Of a stretch of DNA of 25,070 bases, positions 19,411 to 25,070 are shown piece after piece (position 1 is the first letter of the stretch; each line of letters starts with the position of its first letter). The position numbers and the translations under genes were made by a program. The notes beneath the pieces are model-generated. The model was not told the origin of the DNA. It did no database searches and was given only the letters and a program-made list of their open reading frames with translations. This stretch comes from Octopus sinensis (lineage: Eukaryota), in assembly GCF_006345805.1 (NCBI RefSeq), contig NW_021836265.1:1-25070 (forward strand), given 5' to 3'.

Positions 19411-19995
19411 TCAATCCAGAGAGGGTGGTGTCCTCCAGTTCAACAACAGAAATTTGCCTATGTTCTTACATTTACTAAAAATTTCAGATCTGGTATTAAG
19501 CATTGTGGTGGAATTTTTGAATTTATAAAGAATTTGAGATGTTTTGTTTACACATAGCTTGCTTATCTGAAACCATTTATATATGATTTAGATTTTTCCA
19601 CAAAGCCTTACTTGGTTGTAGATGATGTGCAGCTAGTCTCCAGATCCCATAAATGGCTGGCCAGGTTTGCAGTTTTAGTCTTGTTGATGTCTTGGAAAAG
19701 AGACGGTGGTTGGCATATCTTCTTTTAAAATTGCCTTCACATAAACTTGCATAATTTTTCTTTTGGATTCTTTTATTTTGGAGCACTGCTTTGATTTTAT
19801 TTTCATAAACAACTGAGTTTATGAAGCATGCCTGAACAAGAGGGCAAGATTCAGGGTCTTGACAGTACCAATAAGGAGTAGGCAGTTGGTTTGAGTGATA
19901 ATGCCCTTCATATTAGGGCAGCTATTGTATGAAATTTTTACCAAATATCTAATACAAATTAGGATTTTAAGGGATCAAGCTTCAAAAACTCTTCA
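19411..19995 (-). pseudogene. Decayed Penelope-like retroelement: linker plus GIY-YIG endonuclease C-terminus
   Basis: Stitched minus-strand translation: FLKL..LY*IF..VKISYNSCPNMKGII..WYCQDPESCPLVQACFINSVVYENKIK..KNYASLCEGNFKRRYANH/FQDINKTKTANLASHLWDL..K*GFVEKSKSY..KLCVNK..MLNTRSEIFSKCKNIGKFLL. The motif order matches PLE endonucleases (VKISYS.MPN, CxC-x5-CPL, VVY..YIG..FK.RY.NH, LS.HIW.L, LN.RSE..KCRH) as I recall them. Confidence 0.8.
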
Positions 19996-19997
19996 AC

Positions 19998-20044
19998 GTG
20001 GTGTCCCAGCATGGCCACAGAATGACTGAAACAAGTAAAAAAGA
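19998..20044 (+). mobile_element. Isolated SINE A / partner-LINE 3' tail
   Basis: GTGGTGTCCCAGCATGGCCACAG-AATGACTGAAACAAGTAAAA; it truncates the PLE fragment. Confidence 0.75.
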
Positions 20045-20144
20045 TATATGTATATATATATATGTATAAATTTATAGGTCTGCCCAGGACTTAGTGCTTG
20101 CTTTTTCCATGGGTATGAGTAAGTATTCCATTTATATCTCACGT

Positions 20145-20187
20145 ATTTATCGCTGAAGAGGGGAAAATTCTTTGAATTAACCCCGAA
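20145..20187 (+). ncRNA. Truncated hammerhead-like core (5' core, stem II, GAA)
   Basis: CTGAAGA (20153-20159), GGGG-aa-AATTC-ttt-GAATT-aa-CCCC, then GAA (20185-20187); A15.1, stem III and the cleavage site are missing. Confidence 0.4.
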
Positions 20188-20540
20188 TTTGGGACCAATA
20201 CGGTAATAACGGATTTTTTAGAAATTTCTATCGGTTTGTTTTGAGACGCATAAATTATAATGGTTATTAACAATTTTGTCTTTTTTTCAACATATTTGGC
20301 ATTAGAATTTTTCTTTTGCCCTTATTTTGTAAATTATTTATAAATTTAACCTTTAAAGGTATTTTTTAATATGCTGGCCATTGATGAAATTTTTTTTTCT
20401 CAAAAAATAGTTTTATCCTACATTAGGTATATATATATGTATAGATAGATAGATATGTATAATACACACACACACACCTACGCACATGCACGCGTGCACA
20501 CACACACACACATACACACACACACACACACACATATATA

Positions 20541-20918
20541 GGTGCAGGTGTGGCTGTGTGGTAAGCAGCTTGCTTCCCAGCCACATGGTTTGGTGTTCAG
20601 TCCTGCTGCGTGGCACCTTGGGCAAGTGTCTTCTATTATAGCCTCGGGCTGACCAAAGCATTGTGAAGGATTTGGTAGACGGAAACTGAAAGAAACCTGT
20701 TGTGTATATATATATATACATATATTTAAATATATATATGTATATGTTTGTATGTCTGTGTTCATCCATGTTGATGTGGTTACATACCAGTAACTTAGTG
20801 ACCGATAGGATAAGTAACAGGCTCACAATGAGTAGGTCCAGGGATAGATTTCTACAACTAAAATGCAGTGCTCCAGCATGGCCACAGTCAAAAGGATAAT
20901 GACTGAAGCCAAAAGAAT
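20541..20918 (+). mobile_element. Older SINE A copy
   Basis: GGTGCAGGTGTGGCTGTGTGGTAAG head through GTGCTCCAGCATGGCCACAGTC tail. Confidence 0.85.
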
Positions 20919-20959
20919 ACACACACAAGTAGATATATACTGATATATATATATATATA

Positions 20960-21012
20960 TCATCATCATCATCATCATCGTTTAGCGTCCGTTTTCCATG
21001 CTAGCATGGGTT
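20960..21012 (-). mobile_element. RTE tail stub (about 35 nt plus (GAT)n)
   Basis: (CAT)nCGTTTAGCGTCCGTTTTCCATGCTAGCATGGGTT. Confidence 0.8.
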
Positions 21013-21068
21013 ATACATATATCTATATATATATACATATATATATCTGTATATATATATATATACAT

Positions 21069-21099
<31 letters not shown>

Positions 21100-21290
21100 C
21101 ATACATATATAGGGAGAGTTCACAACAAAAACAAAAGACAGAGGCAGGTGGTATAGAAAACAAACAGATGTATTAGTATAACACTCAGGAATTGAAAAAG
21201 TCTTTTATGTTTCTTCTACAGAAAGGGACACAGAAAAAAAAACAAGGAGAGAAAAAAAATGAGTGTAGTGGCTACTGATCTATCATATAT

Positions 21291-21341
<51 letters not shown>

Positions 21342-22910
21342 GTATATGTAATGTATATATATATATTAATATATAATATTATATATATATATATATATAT
21401 ATGGTGTGTGTGTGTGTGGATATATGAATGCATGTATAGTTTACAGTCTATTTTATAATTCCATTCACATTTTGGATAATTTACAGGATTAAAGCTACTC
21501 TCACATTTCTTGAGTGTGACTCATCATCATCTTCGTTTTAATAATTCCTCACCATCACCATAAACTCTAAAATGCCACCCCACTGCACTCTGCCACTATC
21601 ACAACGACCACCACACTGCGACCACCATCACCACAACCACCCCACCGTTATCATACACTTCATTCAACTTGACAATTGCACCCTCCAGTCTCCATGGCTA
21701 CAACTGAACCAGGTAAGCTGCAGGATGGACACTTAAGTGGAGGAGAGAGAGAGGGAGGGAGGGAGGGAAGGGGAGGAAGATGTAAGTAGTGGTAGGCGAG
21801 GTAAAATAAAGGTGTAGGGATGTGCGTGTAGCAGTGGTGGTGGTGGCGGTGGTGGAGATGGTAGTGGTGGTGGTGGATGTGATGAATGGTGATTAGCGGA
21901 CATAAACAATACAAAATCTAATACAAATTGAGTCTCGGTGCCATGCCGCCGCCACCACCGTTGCCACTGCCGCCTCCACCTCAACATCCACTACGGTGCC
22001 ATCATGACTTACCTGTCCAGATAACACACACAATCTTACCTGTAATAGTTGTTGTTCTAATTAGCAAAGCTGTCTTTACTTCCTTTCAGCTATCGCCAAT
22101 CTCTATTGTTGGCTGTTGGGTGATGGTGTGATGAGAAAGAGGCTGTTGTTATTGTTGCTGCTATTGTTATTGTAGTTGTTGTTGTTGTTGGTGGTGGTGG
22201 TGGTGGTGGTGGTGCTGATGGTGGTGTTGTATTTGTTACTGTTGTAATTGTTACGAATATACATGGTGGCCTCGCTGCTTGATTGCTGCTCTCTTAAGGC
22301 AGCACAGATGTGGTTTTTGTTTTTCGGTTCTGTTCAAGACCTACATTCATTTAGCACAAATTTGGCAATGATGGGCGCCTCTTGCAGCAGGTGTTCAGAT
22401 ATTTAATCCCCATCCCCAACACCAGGCTGACACAGGCCTTCATTACATCATGGAATTTTTGCACTGAGTGATTTGCAAATTTTTATCTACAGCCAGTCTC
22501 TATCATGAACATGCATACATATATGTGTGCATGTGTGTGTGTAGATAATGAAAAACATGAGTTGATTTCGGATACACATTGCTCGAGAAGACTTCCTTAT
22601 CAATACTTCCATGATGGCACTGCGGTTATGGATCAATATTGTGTATCCAGACATCTGGGCCCTTTGCAATATGTTCCTGCCAAGCCTTTACCTCACCTTT
22701 CAGCCTCTTATCTTTCAGTTACTTATCCTTCCATCACTCTCCTGACTACTGTGTTACCTTGCAGCTGTAGTTAAATGAGAGCAGAACTCTATATATACAT
22801 ATATATGTGTCTGTGTGTGTGCTTGTCTGTGTTTGTGTGTGTGTGTGTGTGTTTAAGCCACATTATATGGATTCACGTAATCCAATAGTACTCATAAAAA
22901 AAGCTTCTTA

Positions 22911-23337
22911 TTACTCTTTTACTCTTTTACTTGTTTCAGTCATTTGACTGCGGCCATGCTGGAGCACCGCATTAGTCGAGCCAAATCGAACCCCGGGATA
23001 TATTCTTTTGTAAGCCCGTTCTTATTCTACGCTCTCTTTTGCCGAACCGCTAAGTGACCGGGACTTAAACACACACCAGCATCGGTTGTCAAGCAATGCT
23101 AGGGGGACAAACACAGACACACAAACATATACACACACATCAGAATATATATATATATATATATACATATATACGACAGGCTTCTTTCAGTTTTCCATCT
23201 ACCAAATCCACTCACAAGTGCAGTGTTCGGCCCGGGGCTACAGCAGAAGACACTTGCCCAAGATGCCACGCGTGGGACTGAACCCGGAACCATTGGTTTG
23301 GTTAGCAAGCTACTTACCACACAGCCACTCCTGCGCC
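22911..23337 (-). mobile_element. Full-length young SINE A copy carrying many 1-2 nt indels
   Basis: Reverse complement of the 785 copy from GGCGCAGG to (AAGAGTA)n. Confidence 0.92.
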
Positions 23338-23703
23338 TATATTGTGTCATTCTACAAAATATAAAGAAATTACAGTACGGAAAAGAGAAAACGACAAGGA
23401 GTGTAGAAAGTCATGGATATTCCATACTATATACACTGAAAGTTTTCAAAACTGAAACCACAATATCTCACTACAGCATTTGTATGGATTCATAGCCCTG
23501 CATGCAGATATGCATTGCCACAAAGCTGCATTCCTGCAGTTGTGAGGATTCTGTCTTTTGAATCATTTCACACCATGTCTGTCAAATCCTTTTTAACAGC
23601 ACTCCAACTGTGACCACCTTGCATAACAAAATCCAAATCTTTCTCAGTTCCCACACAAAAACATTTTGCTTTGAAGACACAGGTATTCTGCCCAAGAAAT
23701 AAA

Positions 23704-24044
23704 ACACCTTGGGCAAGTTTCTTCTACTATAGCCTCGAGCCAACCAAAGCCTTGTGAGTGGATTTGGTAGATGGAAACTGAAAGAAGCCCGTCGTATATA
23801 TGTGTATATATATAGATATGTATGTGTGTGTGTCTGTGTTTGTCCCCCCCAACATCACTTGACAACCGATGCTGGTGTGTTTACATCTCCATAACTTAGT
23901 GGTTGGTCAAAAGAGACCAATAGAATAAGTACCAGGCTTACAAAGAATAAGTTCTGGGGTCGATTTGCTCGACTAAAGGCAGTGCTCCAGCATGGCTACA
24001 GTCAAATGACTGAAACAAGTAAAAGAGTAGAAGAGTAAAGAGAG
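23704..24044 (+). mobile_element. SINE A copy lacking the tRNA head
   Basis: From CACCTTGGGCAAG to the AAGAGTAGAAGAGTAAAGAG tail. Confidence 0.88.
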
Positions 24045-24079
24045 TCTTGGGTGGATTGTTTCTGATCACAGGATTCCAC

Positions 24080-24384
24080 TATTTTTATTTGTTTTTACTT
24101 CAGTCCTTCAGTCCATATTGAACATAGGGCATCGATGACTTTTCACCATTGTTCTCATCTCTGAGCTCTCTTGCAGTTTTTGAATCATCCTTGATGATCC
24201 TGTAACCTTGCTTTATTGGCCCTAAACGACCCCATTTTTACCTCTGGGAAGAATTGGGTCTTGGTAGCTTGTTTTCTATCATTGGACCTGTCCAACCTGA
24301 CGACAAAGCCTACCCAACCAAAATTATGCATTCTGTTAGCCTAGCTTTGAGGGTCATTGAGGCTCGCATGCCACCTTGTGATGG
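24080..24384 (-). mobile_element. Possible short RTE-derived element (5'-end-like segment joined to ORF2 C-terminal remnant)
   Basis: Minus strand 24384-24283 (GCGAGCCTCAATGACCCTCAAAGCTAGGC..GGTAGG..GGACAGGTCC) resembles RTE 5' ends as I recall them. Minus strand 24170-24105 translates AQR*EQW*KVIDALCFNMD*, like the RTE AQ.R..WR..VDALC terminus. Confidence 0.45.
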
Positions 24385-24879
24385 AATCTTCTATATGGTC
24401 ACTGAATATGCTAGACAGAGCAGCCATATCATTACTGAAATGCCTTTGATTACTGAAGTCTGATGGATCCATAATGCCCAAGGTCCAATCAACAGCATCA
24501 GAAATGGCAAAAATACAATGTAAGGATTCACACAGGGCATATATTCTCCAGGTAGCAATTTATCTCTAATTCTATCAGATAAGGTGATCAATTAGAACAG
24601 TGCTTCCTAAAGTAGGTGATATTGCCCCCTTGGGGTGGGCTGAAATGGGGGTGGGGTGGGGGGTGGATCATATATAATTACTGGGGATGGAAAAGGCAGC
24701 TGGTGGGGTTGAGGAGAATGTGATAAAAGATGGAAAAGGCAGCAGGTGATTGGGAATTGATGCATCCAGTCAATTTTTTTTTTAGACTTCATCTATTTAA
24801 ATATTAACTTTTTTTGAAACTTTAAATGTCATATTATGATAAACCACTCATTAATCACAATCATAACAACATATAACAT

Positions 24880-25070
24880 TACCAACAACAACAACAACAA
24901 AATAAGAATAAGATAATAATGATAATAATAATACTAATACTAATAACTATATATAATAATAATAATAAAATAATAATGATAATAATAATAATGATGAAAA
25001 ATAAATAATAATAATAATAATAATAATAATGATAATAATAATAATGATAATAATAATAATAATAATAATA
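24880..25070. repeat. (AAC)n/(AAT)n microsatellite running to the window end
   Basis: Directly visible. Confidence 0.95.

Noticed and set aside
21110-21285. Probable interspersed repeat that I recall carrying a minimal hammerhead-like core in other octopus copies
   Set aside because: Single copy in the window and the core is absent here (TTTTATGTTTC|TTCTACAG); the recollection cannot be verified without a search.
22570-22650. GGATACACA/TGTGTATCC inverted repeat as a pre-miRNA; ORF 22505..22774
   Set aside because: Only 9 contiguous base pairs with a poorly paired interior; the ORF starts in a microsatellite and has no recognisable motif.
23400-23700. Minus-strand near-open frame (TEKDLDFVMQGGHSWSAVKKDLTDMV*...) as a gene or transposase relic
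   Set aside because: Interrupted by stops and not matched to any family I can name; a tBLASTx search would be needed.

Overview
This is AT-rich, microsatellite-dense animal genomic DNA, intergenic or intronic. I recognise the repeat families as octopus-type; that is from memory, not a database search. I find no supportable host protein-coding gene, and nearly all ORFs in the track are translations of (TA)n, (CA)n, (GAT)n or (AAT)n repeats or of retroposons. The window is a retroposon graveyard. It holds about 13 copies or fragments of a CORE-like tRNA-derived SINE (family A), 5 copies of a second tRNA SINE (family B, including a head-to-tail triplet) and 1 copy of a third (family D). It also holds about 12 5'-truncated RTE-clade LINE ends with (GAT)n tails, three of which still show ORF2 C-terminal protein. 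The rest are one CR1/L2-group LINE 3' end, one decayed Penelope-like GIY-YIG endonuclease ORF, one pogo/Tigger-type MITE and a CpG-decayed tRNA-Ala pseudogene. The main signals not shown by the ORF track are: (i) two type I hammerhead-ribozyme folds sharing an identical 18-nt 3' core, plus a truncated third; (ii) a LINE/SINE partner pair whose shared 3' stem-loop shows a compensatory base-pair change; (iii) a recombination-made SINE triplet; (iv) a short RTE derivative that appears to join a 5' end to a 3' end; and (v) large (GAT)-derived arrays that open long Asp-rich frames.
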